The notes under the pieces: generated by a model
The model's input: only the letters and a program-made list of their open reading frames with translations
Told to the model about the DNA's origin: nothing
Databases searched by the model: none
Assembly: GCA_965225855.1 (NCBI GenBank)
Contig: CBDDCK010000005.1
Span: forward strand, 1,280,001-1,344,000
Length of the DNA stretch: 64,000 nt
Origin: Spirochaetia bacterium
GTDB lineage: Bacteria; Spirochaetota; Spirochaetia; SP-2023
Direction of reading: 5' to 3'
Position numbers and translations under genes: made by a program
Shown here: positions 19,329 to 30,894 of the stretch, in pieces
Layout: each line of letters opens with the position of its first letter
Numbering within the stretch: position 1 is the first letter of the stretch

Positions 19329-20591
19329 TTATTCATGAAAACGAGAAAATATTATTATAGCGTTCTGGCCACCAAAACCAAAATTATTGGACATAATATT
19401 TTCGATAGCAATATCTTGGCGTGTTTCTTTTATAATATTTAAACCAATTTCTGGGTCTTGCTGCTCACAGTTGATACTCGGATGAACAATGTTTTCTTCA
19501 AAAGCGAGCAATGTAGCAATGGCTTCAATAGCTCCCGATGCACCAATCGTATGGCCAGTCATTGATTTTGTACTGTGCACAGGTATCGTTTGGGCTATCG
19601 GGCCAAAGACTTGATGAATTGCTTTTGCTTCTGCTATATCTCCCAATTGGGTAGACGTACCGTGAGCATTAATTAAATGAATGTCTGCTGGGTTTAGTTG
19701 AGCTTGTTGCAAAGCTTGCTTCATTGCATAGGAAGTACTGCGCCCTTCTGGGTGAGGGGCAACCAAATCATAGGCATCGGCCGAAAAACCGTAGCCAGCA
19801 ACTTCAGCATAAATTTTGGCTTTGCGTTGTTTCGCATGCTCTAGCTCTTCCAAACATAAAGCACCGGCACCATTGCTAATAACAAAACCACTACGCTGCA
19901 AATCAAACGGCCTACTGGCTAATTTAGGCTGTTCGTTGTAATGCGTTGTCAAAGCCCCAAGATTGCCAAAAGCCCCTACACCCGATGAACTTAAACTCGC
20001 TTCTGTTCCTCCTGCAAACATCACATCAGCTAGGCCAGACTCTATCATCATGCAGCAAAGCCCAATACTATGGCTTGAGCTGGCGCAAGCCGAAACGGGG
20101 GCAAAATTGGGCCCACACAAACCATAACTCTGAGCAAAAAAACCGGTTGCGGTATTCGGAATTACATTCAAAACATATAGTGGCGAAATACTAGCTACCC
20201 CTTGCTTTTGGAAGTACGATTGATTGCGCTCATGGCTATTTAAGCCACCTTCGCCCGAACCTAAAAGCGCACCCACACGGAATGGGTCTTCCTTGGACAT
20301 CTCAAGCCCCGAATCCATCATAGCTTGGCTTGCGGCAATTTGCATATATATCGTAAACTCGTCTAACCGTTTAAGCCATTTTCTATAGAGGCCAAAACTC
20401 TCACAAGCATTTTCCGGTACGGGGAAATAGCCCCCAATCCTAACACTATAATCTTCTAAAGCAGGAAATATGGTAGAAAGGTCGATAATACCACTTTCCC
20501 CTTGAGCAAGGTTCTGCCAAAAGCTGGGCACATCATTGCCAAGAGGATTGATTGTACCGATTCCTGTTACAACGATTGTTCTATTTTTCAT
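19329..20591 (-). CDS. fabF: 3-oxoacyl-ACP synthase II
   Basis: VVTGIG, SACASS, SRPFD, INAHGTST, STKSMTGH, NNFGFGG. Confidence 0.95.
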   Translation of the reverse strand: MKNRTIVVTGIGTINPLGNDVPSFWQNLAQGESGIIDLSTIFPALEDYSVRIGGYFPVPENACESFGLYRKWLKRLDEFTIYMQIAASQAMMDSGLEMSKEDPFRVGALLGSGEGGLNSHERNQSYFQKQGVASISPLYVLNVIPNTATGFFAQSYGLCGPNFAPVSACASSSHSIGLCCMMIESGLADVMFAGGTEASLSSSGVGAFGNLGALTTHYNEQPKLASRPFDLQRSGFVISNGAGALCLEELEHAKQRKAKIYAEVAGYGFSADAYDLVAPHPEGRSTSYAMKQALQQAQLNPADIHLINAHGTSTQLGDIAEAKAIHQVFGPIAQTIPVHSTKSMTGHTIGASGAIEAIATLLAFEENIVHPSINCEQQDPEIGLNIIKETRQDIAIENIMSNNFGFGGQNAIIIFSRFHE

Positions 20592-21266
20592 ATATCATCT
20601 TCTATTTTGCAATTACTGTTGCGTGCGATTACTATCCTAGGAGTTGTATTTTTACCACAAAATTATCATTATTTCTAACTTTTTAATTCGCAATATTGAT
20701 AGAATCTAAACGAATACGAATATTTTGTAAATCAAAATTGATTTCGACACCAATATTCGGATGAAAAGTTAATATATTCAAAATAAAGTTTGCCTCTTCC
20801 CCCAAGGGCAAAGTAAATGGCGTATACTTTACTATATCTGGATGAGTATTAAATACATCAAGACACCGCCAACCTTTAAGTAACAAAAGAAGCCTATATG
20901 GCACCATAAATTGATGCAGGACCTGATAACTCGATTTTTTTCTACTTTCCAGAATGGGTATTTTGCCCAATAGCTACTTGAAGTACCACTTGACACAATT
21001 TGCAATTGTTGTTCTCTTTGCCACCAAATGTTGTGCCGGTACAACATTTCAAAAGGGCAACCAGTTCCCCTTTTGAATCAACCAATTCATAACGAGTATC
21101 TATATTCCACTGCGCTGGCAGCAAGTCCTCTAGTATTTTTACTTCTGCTCTTGTATTTTGGTATGTTGTTCTTTCGGCTATTGTGGTATGTATAGCCGAT
21201 TCATTTGGCCAAAGCCTTTTGCCACAACTGTAACAATAAAACGACTTGCGTGCAAATTTACTTACT

Positions 21267-21311
21267 TTTTAGATAGTTACCCAGACTATCAAATCTGGGT
21301 AACTATCTAAA
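21267..21311. terminator. long hairpin, possible terminator
   Basis: TTTAGATAGTTACCCAGA-ctatcaaa-TCTGGGTAACTATCTAAA. Confidence 0.55.
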
Positions 21312-21504
21312 CTCTAGCAGCGTTGCTGTACTGCACTCATAACCACCTTACAGCACCGCTGCTAGCCGTCTAAAGCCTGTAATTCGGCTTCCAAACTTTT
21401 TGTTCTTTTTAGCTTGGTTGTTCCAGCCTTTGGCTATATTGGCTTCCCGTATTTACCAAGGCTGAAACAACCAAGCATTGCTTACAGCAATAACAAAACC
21501 CTAC

Positions 21505-23325
21505 TTAATAATTTACAACTTGAATAGCATTGGTTGGGTATGCTAAACCACCCATTACAAATCCTGCTGCTACTTCAAGGTTGTATGCACCATTATTATC
21601 ACGAAGACCAACCTTAACCAGTATCTTCTCGGCTTCCGCTCTTACACTACCGCTTAAAGTAATAAATAATCTGCGTCTATTTACCCCCATAGAACCTGTG
21701 GCTGTGTTTTCACCTGCAGTTGCGTGCTGGGGTAATGTGTATCTCTTATTACCATCACCGGATACAAGCGTCAATTTGCTAAAGTCCCACTCTGCAACTA
21801 CTCTCGGTAAATTGGCACCCTCAATCGATAATATGCCTTCAATAATAGAGTAGAGTACGGTGTTGATTTTGACTACATACCCACTAACGGTAATAGGGTT
21901 ATTGCTTGTGTCTTCAGCGCTACCACCTGCAAATCCTGCTGCTGCTTCCAGGTTGTATGCACCATTATCATCACTTTCACCATTCTTAACCAGTATAGCA
22001 TCGGCGTTCCTTTTTTCACCACCCTTTAAAGTAATCGTTAAGCTTGTTGCACTTGCTGCAGAACCTTTGGCAAAGTGTGTAGTTGAAGCTGGGCTGTGTG
22101 CTCTTAATGGGACACTCTTACGACCATTACCTGCAACAAACCTCAATTTGGTGAAGTCCCAGCCCCACACTGTTGACGGTAAATTGACACCTGTAATCAC
22201 TAACACACTTGTAGCAACATTGTAGGTTGCACGGGTAATTGCGGGGTTACCACTAACGGCCAAGGCTTTGGCTGTATCTAAACCCGCCCAAGCACCAGTG
22301 CCAACGCTAAGTAACCCATCTTTTAGACCATTGCTATCCATACCGTCCTTGCCATTCAGAGTAGCTTTATCGTCATCGGTAAGTTTCAGCCAAAGCGCTG
22401 TGCCATCTCTTTTGAGGCGGTACTTACCTTTTACAAGACCGCGATTATCTGGCCCAGTGTCATCGTCATCTGTAGTATAGGAACTTAAGGCTAAGCCATC
22501 TACCACGATGGTTTGGATTTGGGCTTGGGTCGCACTACCTAAGTCAGTACCTTGTACGGTTAACAGCGCCGTGCCAACATGGTAGCTTGCACCGGTAATT
22601 GCGGCTTCAGGCGAATCCTCTTCGACTTGTTCGACTTGTTCGGCTTTAGGTTGCTTAGGCGACTCTTCTTCAGCTTGTTCGACTTGTTCGACTTGTTCGG
22701 CTTTAGGTTGCTTAGGCAACTGCTTATCTTCGGTTTGCTTAAGCGACTGCTCTTCGGTTTCGGTCTTAGACTGCTGATCTTCGACTTCTTCGGTTTGTTC
22801 AGCTTCTTCAGTTTGCTTAGATGGCTGATTGTCATCGGATACTTTAGACTGCTTATTTTCGGGTACATTACTAACTTCCAAGTCTTTGGCTGTATTTAAA
22901 CCCGCCCAAGCACCAGAGCTAGTAAGCAACCCTTTTTTTAGACCATTGCTACCCACCTTGCCATTCAGAGCAGCTTTATGTGGATCGGTAAGTCTAAGCC
23001 AAAGCGCTGTGCCATCATTTGCAATACGGTACTTACCTTTTTCAAGACCACGACTATCTGGCCCAGTGGCTGGGTCATCTGCAGTATAGGAACTGAAGGC
23101 TACACCATTTGTTCGGCTTCCTACCACGATGGTTTGGATTTGGGCTTCTGTAGGACTTAAGTTAGTGCCTTGTATGGTTAACAGAGCCTTGCCAACATCG
23201 TAGATGGCGTTATTGATAGTCGGCCCAGAAGACGGCGCATCATCGTCATCGGGTGGGGCGCAGGCCAAGGCCATAAAGGCCAGTAGCCAGGCTACAGGCA
23301 ATAAAAGTAGTTTGAGCTTATACAT
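21505..23325 (-). CDS. repeat surface lipoprotein, paralog 2 (A-linker-A-B-B)
   Basis: Same signal and lipobox; type-B repeats WDF.KL...YNLEAAAGF. Confidence 0.85.
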   Translation of the reverse strand: MYKLKLLLLPVAWLLAFMALACAPPDDDDAPSSGPTINNAIYDVGKALLTIQGTNLSPTEAQIQTIVVGSRTNGVAFSSYTADDPATGPDSRGLEKGKYRIANDGTALWLRLTDPHKAALNGKVGSNGLKKGLLTSSGAWAGLNTAKDLEVSNVPENKQSKVSDDNQPSKQTEEAEQTEEVEDQQSKTETEEQSLKQTEDKQLPKQPKAEQVEQVEQAEEESPKQPKAEQVEQVEEDSPEAAITGASYHVGTALLTVQGTDLGSATQAQIQTIVVDGLALSSYTTDDDDTGPDNRGLVKGKYRLKRDGTALWLKLTDDDKATLNGKDGMDSNGLKDGLLSVGTGAWAGLDTAKALAVSGNPAITRATYNVATSVLVITGVNLPSTVWGWDFTKLRFVAGNGRKSVPLRAHSPASTTHFAKGSAASATSLTITLKGGEKRNADAILVKNGESDDNGAYNLEAAAGFAGGSAEDTSNNPITVSGYVVKINTVLYSIIEGILSIEGANLPRVVAEWDFSKLTLVSGDGNKRYTLPQHATAGENTATGSMGVNRRRLFITLSGSVRAEAEKILVKVGLRDNNGAYNLEVAAGFVMGGLAYPTNAIQVVNY

Positions 23326-23704
23326 AAGCAATACCTCCAAAAATGGATAAAGATTAACCAACCCATACGGGCTAGTGTGTAAATCCCTATTTTGTTAGGG
23401 GGGGTGTTGCGTCAAGGCCCATACAAGCTTTTTGTAAGCTTTTTATAAGTTTTTTTGTGCTTTTTTTATGTGTTGGCACTTTTTTTGTGTCTTAGTGTTG
23501 TGTGTTAGTGTTGTAAGGTGGTTCAAAATCCATGCCAATCAAAAGGCTTGAGATACCTTGGGTAAAAATTTGTAATACGCTAGACGCAGTCCGGGTGTTG
23601 CGTTTCGTATGATCGTACGAAACATCATGGCACAAAGTATAAGAATTTGGTATAAGAATTTGAGTTTTTTGTATCGCAGTACAGCCCAGTTTTTAGCAAA
23701 CATA

Positions 23705-24148
23705 TTATGATTTTTTTAGAGACTGCCACAGTCTCATTGGAAAATCCCTAGGTTGCCAATCAAAAAAGCTAGTAAGGTTTTCAGTCAAAACCTTACTAGC
23801 TTTTTTCAGAAATCTTACTAGCTTTTTGAGACCGTGGCCCGTTACCATGATATTTTGAAAGCATATTGTTGCCGACAATGACCCATATGCCGAAAAACAA
23901 AAATTTTTTACTTTTTCCATTTGTGGATTCAGCCGAAAGGCACAAAAAAGCGGTGCATGGTTTGGTTATCCTAGCACCGCTTTGGCTTTTTGAAGTTTTG
24001 AGCGTTTTTGCTCTGGTTTGGTGTTAAAAATGGATTCTGGCTTTTTCTCGTGCAATGAAAATTTTTTTACTTTTAATACTGTAGGAAGGAAAAATAAGAA
24101 AATTATTAATAGAAAAGAAAAACGAAGACTCGGCTGCAATTTAATCAT
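23705..24148 (-). pseudogene. degraded hypothetical gene with signal-like N-terminus
   Basis: Two same-frame ORFs separated by a stop; inverted repeat at 23762-23806. Confidence 0.3.
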
Positions 24149-24186
24149 TTTGGTAAGCAGTATGCCATAATCATACTGCCAAATTT

Positions 24187-24759
24187 TTAATCAACAAAAT
24201 AAACTTCTAGCGCACAAACCATCGCAACTTGATCACCTACCAATAGTTGGCCAAGTACTTTCGCAAAAATTCCATCGCTTTCACCCAATTGGCAAGCCTG
24301 TAATATTGCAGTTTTGCCGGGCATTACTGGAAGTAAATAATGGGCTCCTAATATTTTACTAGCTCGAATATTGAGATATTGCATTTCTTGAGGCGCAAAG
24401 ATCGGCTGATTGGTTTTATGCAACTTCTGAAAGTAAGCTAAACATAAAGCTAATTGCCCCAGCATTTCAACCTGTAAAACTCCGGGGTAAACAGGGTTGC
24501 CAGGAAAGTGCCCGGCAAAAACCCAATCATCTGGGCTTAAATAGCTTTGCCCCAATAACAACCCTGGAGGACTTTCATCTAAACCAACAGGAGCAAAACG
24601 CCGCAATTCTTGACACAACAAAAATGGACTGCGGTGTGGTAACAATTTAGATAGCTCTAACTCACCCCAATTAAATTCTTGATATTCCAACTCATCGGAT
24701 ACCAAAGACCAAAGAGACTTTTTACGCCACCGGCGCAACAAATTTTCAATTGTATCCAT
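24187..24759 (-). CDS. 3-hydroxyacyl-ACP dehydratase FabZ/FabA family
   Basis: LLPHRSPFLL, FAGHFPGNPVYPGVLQVE. Confidence 0.85.
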   Translation of the reverse strand: MDTIENLLRRWRKKSLWSLVSDELEYQEFNWGELELSKLLPHRSPFLLCQELRRFAPVGLDESPPGLLLGQSYLSPDDWVFAGHFPGNPVYPGVLQVEMLGQLALCLAYFQKLHKTNQPIFAPQEMQYLNIRASKILGAHYLLPVMPGKTAILQACQLGESDGIFAKVLGQLLVGDQVAMVCALEVYFVD

Positions 24760-24760
24760 T

Positions 24761-25795
24761 TCAGATAATCTGATATTCTCGCGCTGTATCTCGAATATTC
24801 TGAACAAAACATTGTTTTCTCTCTTCTGCCATAAAACTCATCATCACATTGTTTTCCATAATGCGCAGCAACTCAACTACTTCAAAACCACAATCCTCAA
24901 CCAGGACATGATATTCATGGCAAAGCTCTGAATAAAACAACATAGGATCATCGGAATTAATTGTCAGTGGTATTCCTTCATCATAAAACAGACGAACAGG
25001 ATGATCAGCAGCTTTAGAAACAAAACGTTTGGTAAACAGATTACTGGTTAAGCAAATCTCCAAAGGAATTTGCCGTTGCCGCAGCTCATTACGCAATTTA
25101 GGGTCTTCCATTGCACTAAGACCATGGCCAATACGCTCCGCATTCAACAAATCAATACTATCCCAAATGGATTGCGAACCAACATCTTCTCCTGCATGAG
25201 CAACGCAGTGAAGATTATGTTTCTTCGCCTTGGCAAAAACTTCTTGATATTTTGAAGCAGGACCTACTTTTTCTGCCCCGCCCAAACCAATGCCAATAAT
25301 GGCTGAACGCGGATGGGACAAAACATGATCTAAATTCCTCATCGCATTTTGAGGGCCAAAGCTTCTCGACACATCGATCAAAAATTGACAGTTATAACCT
25401 TGGGCAGCTAACTCTGTTGCTCCTTCGTCCAAAATATCGGCAATATCTGCATAATTAGCACCATCTAATAACAATCGAGAAGGAGAAAAAAACAATTCAG
25501 CATAGCGTACATTATTTCTTTCTAAATAATCTTTCAGATCAACAAAATAATATTTTAGGTCTTCTACTTTACAAACGCATTTTTGTAAAACATTTAGAAA
25601 AAAAGAAATAAACTCATCTAAACTCTCGATATAATAAAGCTTTGATAAATCCTCTTTAGAGGAAACCCCTTCAATTTCCACATTATTTTTCTGATATAGT
25701 TTCCACAAAGTATCTAATTGAATGCAGCCTTCTATATGTAGGTGTATTTCTGCTTTAATAACTCTTTCTATAAACTTTTCTAGTTTTTCCTGCAT
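24761..25795 (-). CDS. add: adenosine/adenine deaminase
   Basis: KAEIHLHIEG, HAGE, AERIGHG, EICLTSN, INSDDP. Confidence 0.9.
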   Translation of the reverse strand: MQEKLEKFIERVIKAEIHLHIEGCIQLDTLWKLYQKNNVEIEGVSSKEDLSKLYYIESLDEFISFFLNVLQKCVCKVEDLKYYFVDLKDYLERNNVRYAELFFSPSRLLLDGANYADIADILDEGATELAAQGYNCQFLIDVSRSFGPQNAMRNLDHVLSHPRSAIIGIGLGGAEKVGPASKYQEVFAKAKKHNLHCVAHAGEDVGSQSIWDSIDLLNAERIGHGLSAMEDPKLRNELRQRQIPLEICLTSNLFTKRFVSKAADHPVRLFYDEGIPLTINSDDPMLFYSELCHEYHVLVEDCGFEVVELLRIMENNVMMSFMAEERKQCFVQNIRDTAREYQII

Positions 25796-25833
25796 TACCT
25801 ATTCATTCCTTTACTAAAATTTCAAAAAGAACA

Positions 25834-26475
25834 TTATTTATCAAGCATTTTTTCAACAATATCGCTAATGGTTTTCTGAACTGCTAAGCGCTCTGTATAC
25901 TGAACTAAATATGAAGAATTTTGGCTTGGAACACTAATCAATATTGTGGGCACTCCCGTAACCATTGGGTAATTTACAAGCAATTCTTTCATTTCTTTCA
26001 ACTTGTCTTCAACCAATGAAGAATCAAACATGTTCACAAAACCTTGCTCCTCAATACCATAACGCTGCTGAAACCATTGAGCCACAGCGTTTATATCAGA
26101 AACATATTTCGCACTATCTTCCCCTTGACGAGCTTCGTAATAATTGGCCAGCAACCCATCATTGGCAATGCCTAATTGTTCCATGGTTAAATAAACGCGC
26201 GCATCAAAAATCCAATTTTCAAATGTAGCTGGGATACTCCTAAATTCAATTCTATTAGCAAATTGTCTTTTTAGATCTACCCAATTCTTATGGAAATATC
26301 GGCAATGATTACAACCCAACCAAAAAAACTCTAGCACTTCAATTTTATCGGTTTTTATCAATCGATGTTTGGTCTGGATTTTTTTCACTCCACGCGGGAG
26401 TTTTTCTTCGGCACGATTGCAAGATGACAACAAACTAAATAATAAAATGCACAAAATTAGCATTTTTTTTTGCAT
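25834..26475 (-). CDS. DsbA-like thiol:disulfide oxidoreductase lipoprotein
   Basis: LSSC lipobox, EFFWLGCNHC, GVPT. Confidence 0.8.
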   Translation of the reverse strand: MQKKMLILCILLFSLLSSCNRAEEKLPRGVKKIQTKHRLIKTDKIEVLEFFWLGCNHCRYFHKNWVDLKRQFANRIEFRSIPATFENWIFDARVYLTMEQLGIANDGLLANYYEARQGEDSAKYVSDINAVAQWFQQRYGIEEQGFVNMFDSSLVEDKLKEMKELLVNYPMVTGVPTILISVPSQNSSYLVQYTERLAVQKTISDIVEKMLDK

Positions 26476-26696
26476 CTAATTACTCCTATTAAATAGTAAA
26501 TTTATTGCCATACATTACTAGCTATTGCCAATATCCATAAAGCTCGGCAACAATTATCGCATATTAATGATGAACATACAAGCCTTTAAAATCTAATTTT
26601 CTCGAAAGCCCCTGCAGGCTATAATTCCTGAAAAACCGAGTTGCCATTGATTTATAAGTTTGCATACGAATTGATATAATTTGACTTATTGGCTAT

Positions 26697-27698
26697 TTAG
26701 CGTGGAAATTTTTCCACATATTCTGGGATTTCCAGCATAGGGGGGCGTTCATCTTCTAAAATAGCTTTGGCCAATAACTGGAATTGTTGTTCGTGAACTT
26801 GAACTCGGCGGAATATTGTGAGCAATTCTTCATTGGTTTGTAAAATGTCAAAACGGTTTAAACGCGAAAAAAAAGTTTGCAAAATGCCAAATGACATACG
26901 ACTAAGTGCTGTAATGGGCTGGTTTCGGTGTATCCGTTGATCTAAATCTGTTTGAGCAAAAGCATTAATACTATACATATTGAGCACATCTAGCAAATGG
27001 GCGGTCTCCACGCCATAGCCAATAGGAAAAGAAATACTTTCTAATACTTCACGCCGCACTGCATATTCACCGGATAAAGGTTGAATCATCGCACTCAATT
27101 CAGGAAAAAATAATGAAAACAGCGGCCGTATTAAAATTTCTGTAACACGGCCTCCACCGGAAGCCCGAATACCACCAGAATAGGTAATGGGCCTATCGTA
27201 AAAAGCTTTTACATATTTCACTTCATCACGTTCAATTAAAGGTCCCACCAAACCATAGACAAAACGCGGATGAATATTTTCAATATCCGCATCGACATAA
27301 ACAATAATATCGCCTTTGAGTTGGTAAATCGCTTTCCATAGATTTTCCCCCTTACCCTTCTTTTGCTCTAAATTCGTCAAAATATCGCTGGAAAGGTAAG
27401 TGTCTGCGCCAAACGAACGGGCCATTTCTAACGTGCGATCTTCTGAGCCTGAATCAATTACAGCAAATTCATCAATTAACGGATAACGCCGCATCAATTC
27501 GGAAACAAAAATAACCACTTCTTTGCCAATCGTTTTTTCTTCATTTAAAGTTGGGATACAAAGAGAAATAGTTAAACCTTTCTGTTCTTTAATTTTAATC
27601 AAACGTCGAATATCGGCAAATGCGGTATGGTGATAGGTATTTTCTTCTAACCATTTTTCGCTTTTATCTGAATTATTTACTAGAAATTCATCACTCAT
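26697..27698 (-). CDS. gpgS: glucosyl-3-phosphoglycerate synthase
   Basis: IPTLNEE, DSGSED, GKGENLW, GGGRVTE, QPLSGEYA, GYGVE, HRNQ. Confidence 0.85.
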   Translation of the reverse strand: MSDEFLVNNSDKSEKWLEENTYHHTAFADIRRLIKIKEQKGLTISLCIPTLNEEKTIGKEVVIFVSELMRRYPLIDEFAVIDSGSEDRTLEMARSFGADTYLSSDILTNLEQKKGKGENLWKAIYQLKGDIIVYVDADIENIHPRFVYGLVGPLIERDEVKYVKAFYDRPITYSGGIRASGGGRVTEILIRPLFSLFFPELSAMIQPLSGEYAVRREVLESISFPIGYGVETAHLLDVLNMYSINAFAQTDLDQRIHRNQPITALSRMSFGILQTFFSRLNRFDILQTNEELLTIFRRVQVHEQQFQLLAKAILEDERPPMLEIPEYVEKFPR

Positions 27699-27719
27699 AA
27701 TAGAGTCCTTTCGCCATTC

Positions 27720-28871
27720 TTAACTACAATAATCATCGGCTTTTAACAACAGTAGCAACAGTTGACAAATACCTTTAGGCAGCATATTTATATGAACCGC
27801 TTCATCACTACTATCCATATTATTGCCAAGGGTTAGCCCTACTGTAACGGCTGGAATATTGCGCACAATAAAAGCTGCTAATTCTGAACGACTGGGATAA
27901 ATTTGTGGCTGGACATCTAACCATTCCAAAATATTGCGGGTACTACGAACCAACGGCGAACGATAAGGGATACCCCCAGGAAGGCGAAGCGAAAGGCGTT
28001 GAAAGGTAATTTCCGCATCGGTTTTGGAACTGTACTCATCCGCCAAATCACTGATAAAATCCGATAGGTTTTGGATAATTGCACTGTCTTCCCCACGGAT
28101 TTCCAAATTAAGATTGCCTTCTGTCGCTATGCGATTAAAAGCATGCCCTGCCCGAATGGAAGTTAGCGAAATTACCGTTTTGGGCCTCGATGGCAGAGGA
28201 TAGGCAAGTAAAGCATTGATCATTTCCGTTAAGTAATAAATAGCTCCTGTGGCTTCATTGCTATTTCGTTCTGGCCGGCTCTTGTAAGTAATATTTCCAC
28301 GCAAAACCCCATGACTGGTGTGACTGATCCGTCCTAAATCTAAGCCTTCCAAACAAATGCCATAATCAATTTTCCGTTTGCCTTGATCAAAAAAGAATTG
28401 CAAACCAGCCAAATCTCCAGAGCCTAAACTGCGTGTTGAACCCATAAATATAATATTTGCATTGGGCTGGTAATCCAACTTTTCAAAAAATACGGGTAGT
28501 GCTGCATTGACCGCACAACCCAAGCCATTATCAGCAACACCAATGCCACTTACCAATTGCGGTTGGATGCTAACTTTATGATCGTAGGTTTCTGTAAAAT
28601 GGGTATCCAGATGGGAAACCACTAAGATATTTTTGTCAGGATTTTTTCCCGGTAAAATTCCTACGCCATTATCCATTTCATCGCGCCCGCATTGGATTAA
28701 ATTATTAGCAGCATTCACACGTTCACAAAAAATTTGACTTCGGCTGGCTTCTTTAAATGAGGGCGCAGGTTGTTCATTGATCATCACCAAATTAGTCAAT
28801 ATCAATTCTTGCAACTCTTTGTATACATTTTCAATACGTGGTAACCATAAGTTAAAAAAATCGCGATTCAT
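27720..28871 (-). CDS. M20/M25/M40 family peptidase-like protein
   Basis: SHLDT, GIGVADNGLG, IPAVTVGL. Confidence 0.7.
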   Translation of the reverse strand: MNRDFFNLWLPRIENVYKELQELILTNLVMINEQPAPSFKEASRSQIFCERVNAANNLIQCGRDEMDNGVGILPGKNPDKNILVVSHLDTHFTETYDHKVSIQPQLVSGIGVADNGLGCAVNAALPVFFEKLDYQPNANIIFMGSTRSLGSGDLAGLQFFFDQGKRKIDYGICLEGLDLGRISHTSHGVLRGNITYKSRPERNSNEATGAIYYLTEMINALLAYPLPSRPKTVISLTSIRAGHAFNRIATEGNLNLEIRGEDSAIIQNLSDFISDLADEYSSKTDAEITFQRLSLRLPGGIPYRSPLVRSTRNILEWLDVQPQIYPSRSELAAFIVRNIPAVTVGLTLGNNMDSSDEAVHINMLPKGICQLLLLLLKADDYCS

Positions 28872-28879
28872 AATAAAAA

Positions 28880-29612
28880 TCCCTTTGCTTGAATAATTGC
28901 TTGGCTAGATGCAAAGCTTGCAAAATTTTCGGTTTGTTACGAGCATAATGAAAAGCAGACCAACCAACACTATCGGCAATGGTTGATTTAGCCTACCGTT
29001 TGAGCAGCAACTTTGCTACCTCTAATTGCCCTGCAGCAACAGCAACAATCAGCGGTGTTTGCCCATTGTCATCTCGGCTATTAATTTTTGCTCCATTATC
29101 CAGTAATAAAGCAACACTGCGCTTTCTGCCACTTTCTGCAGCCAAATGTAATGCCGTTCTCCCTTGAATATTTTGCAACCCCAACTTAGCACCATTATCC
29201 AACAAATATTGTGCAACATAATAAAATCCATTCGAGGAGGCAGCCATCAAAGCACTAAAACCAAAAGAATCTTGGGCGTTAGGGCTTGCACCATGCTGCT
29301 GGAGCAAATCGACCAAAATTTGTTTGCCCGTAAAAGCTGCAGCCATAATTGGCTGATAACCAAAATGATCACCATCGTTTACAAGGGCCCCATTTTCCAA
29401 TAAAAATTGAGCTGTTTCAAAATAGCCAGCAAAAGATGCCATTATCGAGCAGTTTTTTTACAACAGTTAAATGCCCTTGCCCCGCTGCCGAAACCTAAAG
29501 CTGCTCCCTTTTCCCTAGGGCATTCACTTATACGATTTATTTGGCTATAGAGGGGTCTAACCCAGATGAATGGCGAGGATAAAAGACAAATAAAAAATAG
29601 TGTATGTTTCAA
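28880..29612 (-). pseudogene. ankyrin-repeat protein, disrupted
   Basis: Ankyrin repeats 28993-29442; upstream SAAGQGHLTVVKKLLDNG is in another frame; an in-frame TAG is followed by AKSTIADSVGWSAFHYA. Confidence 0.7.
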
Positions 29613-29706
29613 AGGAAAGCTCTTTTAAACCTTTCAACAAAGTGTTCCATTTTACAATTTTTACCACATAAACGGGAGCCGCACGGCACTAGCCTGAATG
29701 GATAAA

Positions 29707-30894
29707 TTATCTCTGCGCCCTATAGTTACCTTTTTTATCGCGAAGCTCCCAACTTAGCTGAAAGTATTGTTCATCACCTTCTTGAAGATATAGTTCTCGC
29801 TGCCAAGTATTTCCTTCATATTGTATCAACAAATGATGCTTGCCCGCTGGTACCGTAACACTATATTCCAAACGGGATTGTTCATAATTATGGTTGTTTT
29901 GTTTTTCTATCACAACATTTTCCCAAGCAGGGGTCCATCGCTGTTTACTCTGTCTCTTCAATGGAATACCGTCAAGTAATAACATGGCTTTTTCTGGCAC
30001 CAGTAATACCAGCTTGCTTTCTCTTTCTTGTAACTGTAAATCTACCAGTTTGGTTTTTCCAACTTCAATTGTAAATTGAGCGCGCGCATAATAATTCTGA
30101 CTGCTTACTTGTATACTGTGCGACCCCAAACCTACAATTTGGTAAGCTTTGCTATAAAAAGCCGTATCAGCCCTACCGCTAGAGTTTTTATGATTTCGAT
30201 CAAAAACCCAATTGTAATGGCGATTGTCAATTTCCATACTGAAATGAAGGTTTGGATTTTCAAAATAATTTGATTTATTCGCTTTTTGGGGCCTCAATAA
30301 GCGGAAACGAACCATGCCAAAATTTTTTTTAACAAAGCGCACTCTATATTGATAATTAGAAACATTTTCTGCATTACTTTGAAACGGGTAAAGCACAATG
30401 TAAATAGGGAAATCTTTGACTTCAAGCAAGATATTTTGCCCTAAGTTATTCACATTAGAATCCGAAGACAGTGCTTTATTCGCAGGGCTAATAAGGTCAA
30501 AGCGAAACTGCGATTTACCGGCCAAGCCTCGGGTTAGTAAACGCCGCCCCTGAAATTGAACATTTTCTGTTTTCTTAGTAACCAATTCTGCTTGATTATA
30601 TATCATCAAACTAACAGGCTGCCCGTTTTGTTCAAGATAGGCTAACTCTAATTCAACGGCCTGATATAGTTGGGCATCTTTTAACTTCAAAGACAATATT
30701 TGATAAATTCCAAACTGTCCATTGGGCTGAGCATCATTGGATTGCAGCTCTCTAATCAATCTACCCAGAATAGGCTCTTGATTTTGAGCTGGCAAAATTT
30801 GCAATATAAAATAAAAAGCAAGCAAAACTAACATCTGCTTTTGCATAAATTTAAGGAAAGCAATTTTTATCATTATAAATAAACCATTATTCAT
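29707..30894 (-). CDS. secreted PEGA-domain-like protein
   Basis: Signal-like N-terminus; beta-rich G.H.I.V repeats. Confidence 0.55.
   Translation of the reverse strand: MNNGLFIMIKIAFLKFMQKQMLVLLAFYFILQILPAQNQEPILGRLIRELQSNDAQPNGQFGIYQILSLKLKDAQLYQAVELELAYLEQNGQPVSLMIYNQAELVTKKTENVQFQGRRLLTRGLAGKSQFRFDLISPANKALSSDSNVNNLGQNILLEVKDFPIYIVLYPFQSNAENVSNYQYRVRFVKKNFGMVRFRLLRPQKANKSNYFENPNLHFSMEIDNRHYNWVFDRNHKNSSGRADTAFYSKAYQIVGLGSHSIQVSSQNYYARAQFTIEVGKTKLVDLQLQERESKLVLLVPEKAMLLLDGIPLKRQSKQRWTPAWENVVIEKQNNHNYEQSRLEYSVTVPAGKHHLLIQYEGNTWQRELYLQEGDEQYFQLSWELRDKKGNYRAQR

Larger units (their letters stand above)
20912..23627 (-). mobile_element. putative mini-Mu-like cassette carrying lipoprotein paralog 2
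   Basis: Begins with the inverted phage right end (TGATG); candidate other end ...AACATCA at 23627; no adjacent 5-bp TSD found. Confidence 0.4.
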
